Shown: positions 12,761 to 24,700 of the stretch, one piece after another
Layout of the letters: each line of letters starts with the position of its first letter
How positions within the stretch are numbered: position 1 is the stretch's first letter
Assembly: GCA_020891255.1 (NCBI GenBank)
Contig: BQFW01000014.1
Coordinates: 1,984,001-2,048,000 of the forward strand
DNA: 64,000 nucleotides
Source: Entomortierella parvispora E1425
Lineage: Eukaryota; Fungi; Mortierellomycota
Direction of reading: 5' to 3'
Notes under the pieces: model-generated
Database searches by the model: none
Told to the model about the DNA's origin: nothing
The model's input: only the letters and a program-made list of their open reading frames with translations
Translations under genes and position numbers: made by a program

Positions 12761-14880
12761 TTATTGACAGTATTGGCGGTATTGGCGATGATTGTAATAT
12801 ATCCAGAAGACGACGAAGCAGGCTGCATTCCAAAGTGCATTCAAAACAGAGTAAATGTCAGGATACTTTGCCAGGGGAAGTGGGATCAAAAATTCGGCCA
12901 TGTGCATCGAGAAAATGATAAAGATATTCGCCTAGTGAAGGAAGGAGAGAAAGTTAATAAAGCAGCCTTTAACGGGACCTTAGAAAATTGTCAATGGTGA
13001 TCGAAGATTTACAATGGCGAATCCTGAGAGTAGAGTTGGAGTGCCCTTGAAAGCTCCAGCGGTCAGCCAGATCCAAAGACCCATGAGGACAAGATAAGGC
13101 GTCACCAATCCTTCCTGTCTTAGCAGTGGAAACATGCTGAACGTCGCCGAGGTTATAAATAACGAGCCAACAGCCGGTTCGTCCAAAATCAAAAGCGTTA
13201 TGGGTAGCGCTGGGATAAGGATGGACTTTTCGTGAACTTGAAAGGAGAGCAAGAAAAATGATAAAGAGGTGTTCACCATTCCATATAGCAGTGACCGCTT
13301 GGTGGGACGAGCTAGGAGCATGACAGTCGACGGGAGGAAAGCCAGCATCGTTGTGGCGGTACTAACAAAAGCTATCAGTTAGGGCTGCGTTCTAGTCATT
13401 TTTGGCGGTGGAAGGGGAGGCTTAATTTTACCTGAACCGAACTAACTGCTTGATATCAAACATCTCGCGTAACTTCACCACGACATTAACTGCACACCAT
13501 ACGTTGGCGACTTTGTCCTGGTACAGTCCGCGAAAAACTGGGAATATTCGATGAAGAACTTGCAATATATCAGGCAAAGTGTGTGACCATGGTGCAAACA
13601 ACAGTCCAAGAGTTAATATGACAGTTGACCCAAGCTTTATGAGCTTCCAGATACTAGGGATCAGCAAGGTGGGTTAATAAGCGGCAGATGTCACCCAATT
13701 CATCTTCTCCTTGACTCTTATACAACATACCATCCAAAAAAACCTTGGCGGATTGATTTCCCAAGAAGGTAGGCGAAGACTGCTGGCGAAAAGTAAAGAG
13801 CCATTTGTTTGAATCCGAGTGCGAGACAAAAGAATACACTGCCGAGTACATCCTGATCGTCCAAAAAACAGTTTACACTCCAGACAACAAGGCCCAACAT
13901 CACTGTATTGTACTGAAAGTGTCCGCTGTCGATCAAAATTATGCCAGGCTGTATCAAAATTAAGACCAGGGCAGTATGCTGGTGCGTCCAATTCTGTTTT
14001 GAGAACCAACGCGCAGTGAAGGCGAAGATTGAAGTGAAGTAAACCGCGAGTTCAAGAAATAAGACTGTTGACCGCATATACAGCTTAGCCTCAATTGATT
14101 CGTAGCCTCTCGAGGATTTCCATGCGAACCACTCCGGACTGATCATGTTACCACTAGAATTCCGAACAAGTTGATTACTGTTAAGAATGCCTGGCCGTTT
14201 GCGCATCGCAAGTTGCTAGTATACTCACATGTATGCACAGATCAAAGATACATATGCCGTCAAAGGAGGATAGTCCAGGTCCCACCACTTTGAGCTATCC
14301 GAGTACCACTCCCTTACAGGCCGATGTAACGTCAGCTCCATCCAATGCCTCTGCGCCTCGTAATCGCCAAATCGAGGGGGGCTGGCCATACCTACAACAA
14401 ATAGAATCGTTGAGCAATTGAGCTAATTAGCAAATCATGTAATCTCACATTTAGACCCTTTCAAAACCCATGGTTCATTTTTAGAGGTCTACCAGAGTAT
14501 GGACCTAGACTAACGGCCCAGCGCAATAAAACCGCAATTCCCACTGCTATCCAAGGTCCAGTTCTCCTCAGTTGATTTTCATCCAGCCATGTCGAGTATT
14601 TGAATACAGAGAGGTTCAATTTCAGAGTCTTAATGCTTGTGGCAACACTGGAGTGATTGCTGGATTGGTGATGAGCCTTGGTTTTTAGTGCCATACTCCT
14701 CAGGGCAGCATTCGCTTGTTCAGACAAAGCGTCGCCTGACGATGAGGGTTTAACAGAACTTGTGGAGAATGATGACAGGATGGAAAAGTCAAGAGCTCTA
14801 TTCCCTTGGGAGACCACCCTTCGGTTTGCCCCTTTGTTGCCATGGGGACGAATGCCTGTCTGCGCCGTCGCCGGTGACAT
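12761..14880 (-). CDS. ALG6: Dolichyl-P-Glc:Man9GlcNAc2-PP-dolichol alpha-1,3-glucosyltransferase, multi-exon
   Basis: [37 protein letters not shown]-like ([13 protein letters not shown]), [54 protein letters not shown]. Stop TAA at 12763-12761. Confidence 0.93.
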
Positions 14881-14973
14881 TTAACAATGATGATGAAGTT
14901 GATGAAGAGAACACGACGAATGTCCTCGCTTTCGAAGTACTGTAATATCTAATGCACGTGATAATTTATTTAA

Positions 14974-16153
14974 TTAATAATGAGCTGGGACAGTTATGTC
15001 TACCGCTGCAGTCCGCTTGCTGGACTTCCAGGGCAAGAGTCGGATGAGAGTAAACTTCTTCTTTTCTTCACCCACTCCTGGGCCTGAACTTCCATCACGG
15101 CGCTCTCTATCATCTCGTTCTCGCTTTTCAGCATCCAAATCGGTTCCTTTGGCTCGCAATGCTGCGATGCGGCGCTTCAGGTTACGGAGACTTTTGGGCA
15201 GCGCAAATGTCTTGGCGCGAGTAGGGTGCAACTTGACCTCTCTTCCTGAATCCTGGGGAAACGGCTGAATTACTTCGGCACCACGATCCATGAGTCTGGA
15301 ACCTGGCTCCTCCTCGCTATCTTCCTCAACTGACAAGTACCTAAGCTCGCTCAGGTTCGCGGCACTGGAGTTTCTCGCAGCAGATGGCTGTCCTCCAGGA
15401 ATAGCAGCGCTGGGTCCAATAATAATGGGTACATGTCGATTTTGAGCAGATTGGTTTGGGTTGGACCTCTGCTCTGCAGGAGCTGCTGTCACCGAAGCAC
15501 GACTGCTTGTCACACTCGGCTTACGACCGAAAATTCTGTCCAGGCGAGACCTCTTATCGCCTGCCATTGTGCTGACCTTGAGGTTAGTTCCGCCAGAAGT
15601 TTCGAGGACACTGTGTTCCCGGGCTTCATTCTTTTCCGTTTGAGGCAGCTGAAGGCTGGAATTGCTGTGACCATGTGGAGCCCACAGCCCATTGCTTGCT
15701 CTGGAGTGCTCTGCATCTTCTTCGGATATCAGCAACTCAGTATCCAAATCACTCGTTTCTTTCATAGCCTCTTTTAGAACTCTAGCCTAGAAGTACAACG
15801 AAACGGTTGATGTTGGTAAGGAAGATAATGAAGCGTATCACACCAATTAGTAACTAGTGAACATACCTTATGGATGTTTTCTTCGACTTCACGCTGAAGA
15901 CTCTCCCGCATGCTCACTCTATAGCTGTCGAACTAATAAAGGATTTTCTTAATTTAGGGGAGATATACAGAATTTCTGTATCACTCAGAGCATGAAGACA
16001 CACCTGAGCGATGAGATCAATAGCGAAGGATGACAAAACCGGTGTCACGGTAGCATTCATCATAGAGTTCTTCCTTGGTCCTGACGGGGACGGGGAGTAA
16101 GATCGCGGAGGTCGCGAAAAGGAGATGGATGAAGAACTATAGACACTGGCCAT
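14974..16153 (-). CDS. Hypothetical protein, probably 3 exons
   Basis: Exon 1 16153-16004 (MASVYSS...DLIAQ|GT), a middle exon FDSYRVSMRESLQREVEENIHK|GT, then AG|ARVLKEAMKETSD joining the 263-aa ORF that ends at 14974. Confidence 0.6.
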
Positions 16154-16890
16154 TGTCGCTCTATTTTGCGATCATCAGTGGTCAAGATCCAGTTAATTGC
16201 ATGTTTTGGCAAGAAAAAGGGAGTGGGGTGTTTCATAAGCGAGTCTCAAACAGAAGACAATGGGGTCCAAGCGGAGAGGGAGGAGAGGGGAAGAGGAACT
16301 GAAATACCGCACCGTCGCTGCCCAAGCATACTCTGCAGTAATGCACCTGCTCACCTTGAAGGTATGCAACTATGTTCACAAGAGAAACGATGGTACAAGT
16401 AAGGCCTGACAAGTAAAAGTCGGTGGGCTTTGGGCTTTAGCTATAAGGGCGAGAGGAATGCTGGTGCAAGGGCAAGGGAGAGAGCAAGGGGAGGCGATTC
16501 CGGGCGACGAGAAATGTCTCAGCAAAGATGTAGGCTGTTATTATTGAGTTGAGGATATAGATGAGAGGACCAGATGATGAAATGAAAAGAGGGGGTGTAG
16601 TGGTGATGATGTTCAGAATGGGAGAAAAGAAAGAAATGACAAAAGCAGAGAGCAATTTGCTGCCTTTCATGTGCCGCATTGCATGTGCGTCCACAGACGG
16701 GCAGGACTTTTATTTCGCCCCTGACAATACGCGCGCACCTTTGGTCCTTCCTCCGACACGCGTAGAACGCGTTTTTTTTTCTTATCTTCAAAACTTTCTG
16801 GCCTTCTCTTTTCTTCCTCTCTTTTTTGTCCCTTCCCTCTCTAACCACCTTTTTATACCCCGTTGTCAATCCTATCCTGTCTCTTCAAAT

Positions 16891-18626
16891 ATGACCACAT
16901 CCCCGACCACCGTTGCTTTTTCTGACCCATCAGTTTCACCTTCAGGAGTTCTCTCGCACTGGGTTAGGTCCACCCCAGAGGAGGGTATCCAGTGCTTTTT
17001 TAATCGAAAGGAGGTCCATACTGATGGGGTTCAGCTGTACACCGAATGTTCTCGAGAAGACTCCTCCTTTAAGTGGGTCATATCTCTCCGCTCTTTAGAG
17101 TCTGCCAATTTGTTGCAGACTGTCGACGCACCCAACAGCCTTCCGTCACTCTCCAATGTAGGCTCAAAATCCTCACTGCTGCTGCTGACGCTGGGGCGTG
17201 TGATCAAACAAGATGATGCAGGCTCGATGAGAATAGAGGACGATCCATCACCAAGCTATCAACGCAGCGACCACTATCGGACAATGTATATCTATAGCCC
17301 TAAAACGAGGCGGGACATTTGTACGCAGCAAATGGAAAAAGGACAGTGGCCGCAAACAGGTGGGAACTTGTGCGGTGAACTTCTACTAGGATTATAGATT
17401 TCATTATCTTACCTTTCTTTTCTTCTTCACTCTTTGGACTTCGAAAAGTTGTTCTAGGTGAATCGGACATAACAGAAAGCCAGTATCACGACTATAACTT
17501 TCAGATCTGGCTCTCTGGCTCTTGCCCCCGCGGTATAGACACCAAATCCCAACGAAAACTAGATCAGTGCCAACAGCTTTTATTACTGTTGCGTCATGAC
17601 AGCGCGACTGCCAACGTAAAAATAAGAATCAGACGCACCCACGATGCGGCCCCAAGTGACAGCCGTCAGAACATAGCCAGTTCAGGGTCAAAGAAAGACC
17701 CAAAGAGGCGAACCACTGGAGACCAGAGGCTGCAGGTAGTGGATCCCTGCTTGAGAAAGCCTGAACACAAGCATGCTGCACCCACTATCATTTCTAACTG
17801 CCTTGGTGAAAAGGACAATGCCTGTGAGGGCGATAATGAAGATCTCCTTCACTTATACGCACGATCGCATTATTTTGCGCACAAATGCATCTTGGAAAAC
17901 AACCCGTTCTTCTACAGGATGCTTAACACAGGCTTCTACGAGGGGCAGGCCGATGCTTCAGGAATGTACAACATTGAGCTGAGCAGCGATATGTTTGACG
18001 AAAACATAATGGATCCTCTCTTGGACTATCTTTACACTCGTGGGCCATTAAATGAAAAGGCTCCAGAAGTACGCCACAAAAACAGTGACAGCGATGTCAC
18101 AAATGTGCCCAAGCCAGAGCTTATCAGCGAACATACTGAGCCGGGCCAGGACCTCGACCATCCTATCGTCAGCGCAAATGTCCAGCTTGACTTACATAGT
18201 GTTGCAAGCAGTCGGACTAGTGGCAGCCCCCGTCATCCTCTTGACCCTCCACATATATCTGTGATGTCGTCTTCATCTTTGAATCGACAGGCAGAGTTAG
18301 CGTGGGGCTATTTTTCAAATTTGACTCTTGCAAACTGGTGTTCGCTCTACCGAGCCTCAATTCCCCTCGAAGACAGAGATCTACAGTCGATGTCGCTTAA
18401 TCGTATTCAAAACCAACTGGACGATGACACGACACTGGAGCAGGTACTGCGTTGGGGTCATCAGCATGAGGAGGTGAAGACCGTTATGGTGGACTACCTG
18501 GTTAAAAAGCGACGGGAAGTATTTGGAGACGAACAACGCAATAATCTGAGGCCATATCTATGGGCTGAGGATGACCGCAAAGTTGACACTCTAGTTCATA
18601 TAACTAGTAGAATAGCAAGGCAATAA
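16891..18626 (+). CDS. BTB/POZ-domain protein, 2 exons (16891-17359, 17458-18626)
   Basis: A GT-AG intron at 17360-17457 with a pyrimidine tract joins the two ORFs in frame. BTB-like segment YFAHKCILENNPFFYRMLNTGFYE...IELSSD...LLDYLYT. Confidence 0.7.
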
Positions 18627-18783
18627 AAAAAGTTTAGATATGGTCAACCAGTCCAAACCAAAAAAAAAAATACATGAAATTAGAGCGAAGGACATAAGGT
18701 ACTGGAACATGAGGGAAAGAGCACATAAAGCAATAACAAAACACATGGGCAAAAAAAAATAAAAAAATCCAACCAACGACCAT

Positions 18784-19388
18784 GTCGTTTGTTAGTTTTC
18801 CGCCGACCATGGGGGATTTCCTTTTTGGGCGTCCTATCCGTCGACCTTGACATCTCGTATCCGCCGACCATTAACCACCGACCCCTCTCTAATCCGCCGA
18901 CCTTCTTGTCCCTCATCCGCCGACCACTCCATTTCTTGACCACCGACACTTCCGTAGCTGCCGACTTGTGTGAAAGTTTGGGGGGGTTCAAACTTACCAA
19001 AAGTTGCGAAGTAATCACTCTCTCCAGAACTTGTGAAAAGTAGATACTATGGATCCTATACCAATGTGTCTAGCAATATTTCCCTTGTAGCTTGGCCAGC
19101 TGGGTCCTTGAAACTTCTGCTGTTGGTGACCGGCTGCTCGAAAGGACAGCGGTTGGTTGTGAGAAAGACACCGCCGGTCTATAAGACACCGATCTAGATT
19201 TTTTTTTTTTCGTTGACATGAACAAAGTACTTCGGTTAGGTCGAGGACTAAGGAAGGGGTCGTCTGCAGATAAGATGAAGACAAGTCGGCGGATTAGAGA
19301 GGGGTCGGTGGTTAATGGTCGGCGGATACGAGATGTCAAGGTCGACGGATAGGACGCCCAAAAAGGAAAGTCCTAACTAACCAACGAC
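18784..19388. mobile_element. Foldback/MITE-like non-autonomous DNA element with long TIRs
   Basis: Perfect 85-bp inverted repeat (18817-18901 vs 19285-19369), 14-bp outer IR with one mismatch (18784, 19375-19388), repeated CCGAC/GTCGG motifs, no ORF. Confidence 0.7.
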
Positions 19389-19413
19389 TGATATTTTTTC
19401 TCGGCGCCGTTAT

Positions 19414-19431
19414 AAAAAAAAAAAGATAAAA
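19414..19431 (-). terminator. Pol III terminator for tRNA-Asp
   Basis: T4 then T11 on the minus strand just 3' of the tRNA. Confidence 0.75.
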
Positions 19432-19434
19432 GAG

Positions 19435-19506
19435 CTCCTCGACCGGGAATTGAACCCGGGTCTTCCGCGTGACAGGCGGAGATACTCACCACTATACTAT
19501 CGGGGA
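19435..19506 (-). tRNA. tRNA-Asp(GTC), 72 nt, intronless
   Basis: TCCCCGATAGTATAGTGGTGAGTATCTCCGCCTGTCACGCGGAAGACCCGGGTTCAATTCCCGGTCGAGGAG. Anticodon stem TCCGC/GCGGA, GTC anticodon, B-box GGTTCAATTCC. Confidence 0.95.
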
Positions 19507-19520
19507 TTTCAAGATATAGT

Positions 19521-20119
19521 TGTCGTGAATCAGACTGCTTTTATCCCCGCCAGCTCCGCGTCTGATCACATGACTTACGATCACCTGACCGCCGACACGC
19601 CTGATGTTGTTGCGCGCCCTCATTGCACTTGTGCCGCGCGTCATCGTCGTTGACTATCACCAGGTCGACTACCCTCAATCGTGTATACTCACGAACGGAG
19701 CATTTCATGTTTCTCCGACATTAACCTACCAACCGTTGCCAATCAAAAGCTTGTCTCCACGCCGGTCGACCAAGCTCTTTGAAACCTCGGAGGTTAGGGC
19801 CCCTATTCCAGAATAGTCATAAGCCCTTCACTATTTATTTCCATAGTATCAGCAGTATAGTCTCACTTCACTACCTTCAGTATATAAGTAGCTCTGTATC
19901 GAGACTTAGAACGGCATCCTTTCTTTGCCCTTCCATCTCGATTACAGGTAACCCTCTTGAGAACCCTATCAGTAGTAACACACAGAATATCTTATTAAAC
20001 ATATCCTTTCTTTGCCCTTCCATCTCGATTACAGTCAAGGTAGCTGACTGTGGTGCCCAGTGTAGAAGAACACGCTCGACACACCCTAAGGATCAGTCGT
20101 GGTACCGAGAGTCACGACA
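19521..20119. mobile_element. Solo LTR (599 bp) inserted 14 bp upstream of tRNA-Asp
   Basis: Termini TGTCGTGA...TCACGACA, TATATAAG at 19881, flanks ATAGT/AGAGT (5-bp TSD, one mismatch), internal 32-bp duplication at 19916-19947 and 20003-20034. Confidence 0.7.
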
Positions 20120-20123
20120 AGAG

Positions 20124-20238
20124 TGTCGTGATCTGAGTCGCTTTTATGTCTCAGTTCCTCGATCGCACGTGACTCTTTTCACGTGACCATACCACCAACG
20201 CGACCCGTTGATTGAGATTTAGGTATCATCCCCAAGGT
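20124..20238. mobile_element. Second, related LTR-like fragment split by LINE-1; it resumes at 27858 (possible end GCGACA at 27901)
   Basis: Starts TGTCGTGATCTGAGTCGCTTTTAT, similar to the 19521 LTR start TGTCGTGAATCAGACTGCTTTTAT. The sequence continues across the 14-bp LINE TSD. Confidence 0.5.
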
Positions 20239-20710
20239 CTCCAAGCCGAGAAGCTTGTTTACAAGCAACTCGGACTGCAAAAAACGGGCACACAGGGTAA
20301 AGAAGCTTCATGGCATGTTGCCTACGCAAAAGTACATGCACAGCTGGAGACCGGACCTATATGAGGACGACTACTGCCGAGTCTGTGAATCCAATGTGGA
20401 GGACACAAACCATATATGGAGGTGCCCAGAAACGCTGACGAGTCAATGCGAAGGTTGGGAAGAGACAATGGAGTTGGTGACCAGCCTTGGCAAAAAACTG
20501 TGGGAGCGAGCGAAGAAAAGCTGGGAGAGCGAGAAGAAGAAAGCAGGGGAAGAAGGCAAGGAATTCAAGAAGAAGGAACCGACGTTTTCGGAGGAGACTT
20601 GTAACAGGAATACGGTGACATCACGCGATGTGTACCTACAAAAGCTAGAAACTTGCAATATAATAAAACTCACTTCTTGTCTCCACTCCACCCTCGATAC
20701 TCCTATTGCA

Positions 20711-20741
20711 TGGTAGCAAAGGTTTTCGATCCACTGACCTC
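20711..20741 (+). promoter_or_regulatory. Primer-binding site for tRNA-iMet with an extended T-arm complement (also at 51951-51981)
   Basis: TGGTAGCA(A/G)AGG-T-TTTCGATCCACTGACCTC. The complement contains the initiator-type T-loop GGAUCGAAA. Confidence 0.8.
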
Positions 20742-20828
20742 ACTGACCCACTGACCCTCCGACACACTCACACCCTGGACCCCCTCGTATCCCTCTTCGA
20801 TCAACTCTCCCTCGACAATTCACCCAAC

Positions 20829-21749
20829 ATGGACCCCGCGACACCGTCATTCAAATTCCCTCATCCAACACCGTTCAACGGCAAGCGCGACGGATTCTCT
20901 GTTCTCGGTTTTCTGAAACGCATGACCTTTTTCTTCGATGGCGCTGGAATTGCCGAACCTCGCAAGGTCGGGGTTACCCTTGCCTTTGCCGGCGATGAGG
21001 TTATCGGCTGGTGGGCACTCTTAAACAAGCCATCCGACACCTCATTCCCGGATTTCAGCGAGCTCCTTGCCACCGAGTTCAGTCCTGCGAAGTTTAAGGA
21101 GCACATTCTCGCCCTCACAATGCAAATGAAAATGACACTGCCACTGAACATCTCCAACGTCATGGCCTATATTACCAAAGCCCGTGAATACCACCTGCTC
21201 CTCCAGTCTTACTACGCCGACAACGCAGTTCTCAACGATACTATCCGTACTGCCTTTCTCAGTGGTGCACCTACTCAGCTTCGCCAGATGCTGGAAGTGG
21301 CCATTGTTAATGCAGGCAACGACACCATAGATCTGCCCAGACTCTTTAAGGCCGCGGAGGAGTTCGGTCGTATCTTCCACACTGAAGACCCATCACTCGG
21401 TGCCAAAGCACTGGCTGCCTCGGGATCCTCTGCTGGTATCACCGACCCCAACGCAATGGAAGTGGACAATATTCATATCCAACTCAACAATATCCACAAG
21501 CAACTCGGCACCCTTCACCGCTCCTTACAGAACCGCCCCACCAACGGTACTAACAACCCTTCTCGAGATCGCCCCGCACCCCTGACCGCCGCCGACCGAG
21601 AGTACCTTGTACGTAACGGTGGCTGCTTCCGCTGCCGCGAATTGGGTCACATCAGTCCCAATTGCCCTAAGTACGGCAACGGCAGCCGAGGAATTAATCA
21701 AGTAACCGCGGGTGAATCCCCTGATTCGGGAAAAGCCTCCGGCAACTAG
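20829..21749 (+). CDS. gag: Family A Gag with CCHC zinc knuckle
   Basis: MDPATPSFKFPHPTPFNGKRD...CFRCRELGHISPNC...SGN*. Confidence 0.9.
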   Translation: MDPATPSFKFPHPTPFNGKRDGFSVLGFLKRMTFFFDGAGIAEPRKVGVTLAFAGDEVIGWWALLNKPSDTSFPDFSELLATEFSPAKFKEHILALTMQMKMTLPLNISNVMAYITKAREYHLLLQSYYADNAVLNDTIRTAFLSGAPTQLRQMLEVAIVNAGNDTIDLPRLFKAAEEFGRIFHTEDPSLGAKALAASGSSAGITDPNAMEVDNIHIQLNNIHKQLGTLHRSLQNRPTNGTNNPSRDRPAPLTAADREYLVRNGGCFRCRELGHISPNCPKYGNGSRGINQVTAGESPDSGKASGN

Positions 21750-24700
21750 GGTCGGTCCGGACCCCAGTTGTCGAAACTGTAGCCAACAACCCTGAGCTAA
21801 GTACCTCAAATAAAACTTCACTTGATTCTACACCTCAGAAACATGACTCCAATCATGACAAGCGAACTCACATCCACGATGCTCTGGTTGTTCTATCGGA
21901 CCGAAACCAAAACCAAACCAAAAAACCTGTTGCCTCGCCCGCTCCAGTTGCCCTGTCCGCTCCTCTACCTAGATCCTCCGATACAGATGAACCGGACCCT
22001 CTCGCTGTACCGCCGGCACCTAGTGTACCTCTGTCCAAAAGTCAGTTGAAGAAGTTGAAGCGTCGTGCGATTCGCCTACACGAATTCACTGTCCAAAAGG
22101 CAGAGAGCCAACTGCTCACTTTCATCGGTTCTGTCAATGGCCACGCTGCCAGAATCCTGATTGATGGTGGTGCAGAAGGTAATATTATCAGTTCGTCTTT
22201 TCAAAAGCGACACCAGCTCCTCCGCACTGAATGCTTGCCCATCCCCATCCTCCTCCCCAATGGCTCTTCCTCCCTCACATCACACACCGTCCCCATCACC
22301 CTCAACCGCAGCGACTACTCCGATTCGCTCAACCCTATTCTCTATCCTCTCAACAAATACGACCTCATCCTTGGCAAACCCTGGCTCACCAAAGTTAACC
22401 CTTGCATCAATTGGCGCACCAACGATCTTCATTTCACTCACAATGGAATCGATGTCAAATGGAGCTGCCGCGGCTTCAAGGCCGATCACATCCAAAGCCG
22501 CACCAAAGGACTCCTCCTCACACACATGCACTTTCATTCCATGGCAACCCTGCCCGGCTCGGAGGTGTTCCTGGCCCTTATTCGCAACACCCCAGAGCCC
22601 TCTGAAGAAACTGACCAACCGCGTACAATTCCCGATATGACCCCCAGAGGTGCGGTCCATTGTCATGGAAGAGTTCGCTGATGTCTTTCCGGAGAAACTC
22701 CCGGACGGCCTGCCCCCAGACCGTGGTGATGCTATGAAGATCGAGACCGACCCGACAGCCGACCCACCCTTCCGCCCTGTCATTAGACTTTCAATCGCCG
22801 AGCTTGACGAACTTCGCAAACAACTGGACCAATTGCTAGCAGCAGGTTTTATCAAACCCAGTACCTCTCCCTATGGCGCCCCCGTGCTCTTTGTGCGGAA
22901 GAAGGACGGCACACTCCGAATGTGCGTCGACTACCGTGGCCTCAACAAGATCACCAGGAAGAACAGACACCCGTTGCCCCGTATCGACGAGCTTCTTGAC
23001 CGCTTCCGTGGAGCACGCTATTACTCCAAGTTGGACTTGTTATCCGGTTATCATCAGCAGCGTATCTTTGAACCACACACACACAAGACTGCCTTCCGTT
23101 GTCGCTATGGTCACTTTGAGTTCAATGTTGTTCCCTTTGGCCTTACTAACGCTCCTGCTTCGTTCTCCAATATGATGTTGCGAGTGCTCGATCCAGTCTT
23201 GGACAAATGGGTTGTCGTGTATCTCGACGATCTGTTGATCTACTCCAAGACAAAGAAAGAACACCTGCAGCATCTCCGAAGCGTCCTGGCTCTCCTCCGC
23301 AAGAACGGTCTGTACGCGAAATTGAGCAAGTGCTCCTTCATGCAAGACGAAACTGAATTTTTGGGCCACACCATCACGAAGGACGGGATCAAAACATCGG
23401 CCGGGCTCAGCAAAGCCATCAGTGACTGGCCCACCCCCAAGAGCACAAAGGACGTCCAGCAATTTTTGGGGCTTGCGCAATTTTATCAACAGTACGTATC
23501 GGGCTTTGCAGGGATTGCCCTCCCTCTCTCTTCCCTCCTCGCCAACAACACTCCCTTCAAATGGACCGACGAACAACAATCTGCATTCCTTCAGCTCAAA
23601 CGCGCCATCTGCTCCGCCCCCGTCCTCCGCATCTTCGACCCTGATCTCCTCACCTTTGTCGAAACAGATGCATCCGGTTTCGCCATCGGTGCAGTGCTGC
23701 TGCAGACTGACCGGGAAGGGAATACCCATCCCATCGCATTCACTTCCAGGAAAATGCAGTCAGCTGAGCGGAACTACCCTGTCCATGAGCAGGAGCTGTT
23801 GGCTGTCATCCATGCGCTCCGCACTTGGCGCTACTACCTCGATGGAACCAAGTTCAGCGTCCACACCGACCACGCCACCCTCCGCCACTTCCCCCACACA
23901 GCCCAAACTCACTCGTCGACAGGCTCGCTGGATGGAGTTGCTTCAGGAATACGACTTTGACTTCAAGTACAAGCGAGGAGTTGACAACATCGTCCCAGAC
24001 GCTCTCTCCCGACGACCGGACTACCGCGAGCCTGACCCTGTTGAGCTATACAACCTCAGCGTCTCCCTGTCCCCGGACGTCCGTGACCAGCTTGTCCAGG
24101 ACTACAACGACGATCCTCGACTTGGACCCATCTACAAGGATTGCCTGGATGGGAAGGTTGCCAATGGATATTCATTCCAGAACAACCTCCTCTACTTTAC
24201 CCGACGTGGAGCAACCACCCTGGCCATCCCTCGGCACTCCCCGATCCGCCTCACTCTCTTGCACGACGCTCACGACTCTGCCACTGCTGGACACTTTGGT
24301 TTTCAAAAGACTTACGACAACCTGCGCCGTTTCGTATATTGGCCCCACATCGCCAAGGATACCCAGCAGTATGTAGCAACCTGCGAGAAGTGTCAAAGGA
24401 ACAAGGACTCACAGGATCGACCAGCTGGACTCTTGCAACCGCTACCCATTCCTTCGCAACGTTGGGAGGTAGTCACCATGGACTTCATCGGCCCTCTTCC
24501 GCCCACAGCTAGAAATTTTGACGCCATCACAGTGTTTGTCGACAAGCTGACCAAGCAAGCTCACTTCGTCCCCAGTACTACCTCTGCCACAGCCGTCGAC
24601 GTCGCCCACCAGTTTTTTGACAACATCTTTAAGCTGCATGGCACACCAACATCCATCATCTCGGACCGCGACACTCGATTCACTAGTAGATTCTGGCAAG

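Noticed and set aside
16561-16890. N-terminal extension of the BTB gene suggested by the ORF track
   Set aside because: It reads through promoter-like, T-rich sequence. ATG 16891 after a pyrimidine tract is more plausible.
18800-18965. CRISPR-like array from recurring CCGCCGACC
   Set aside because: Eukaryotic context, repeats too short and irregular, and they lie within an inverted repeat.
20600-20716. ORFs 20255-20716 and 25571-26215 as independent genes
   Set aside because: They are one LINE ORF2 end split by A1, with chance read-through of the LTR.
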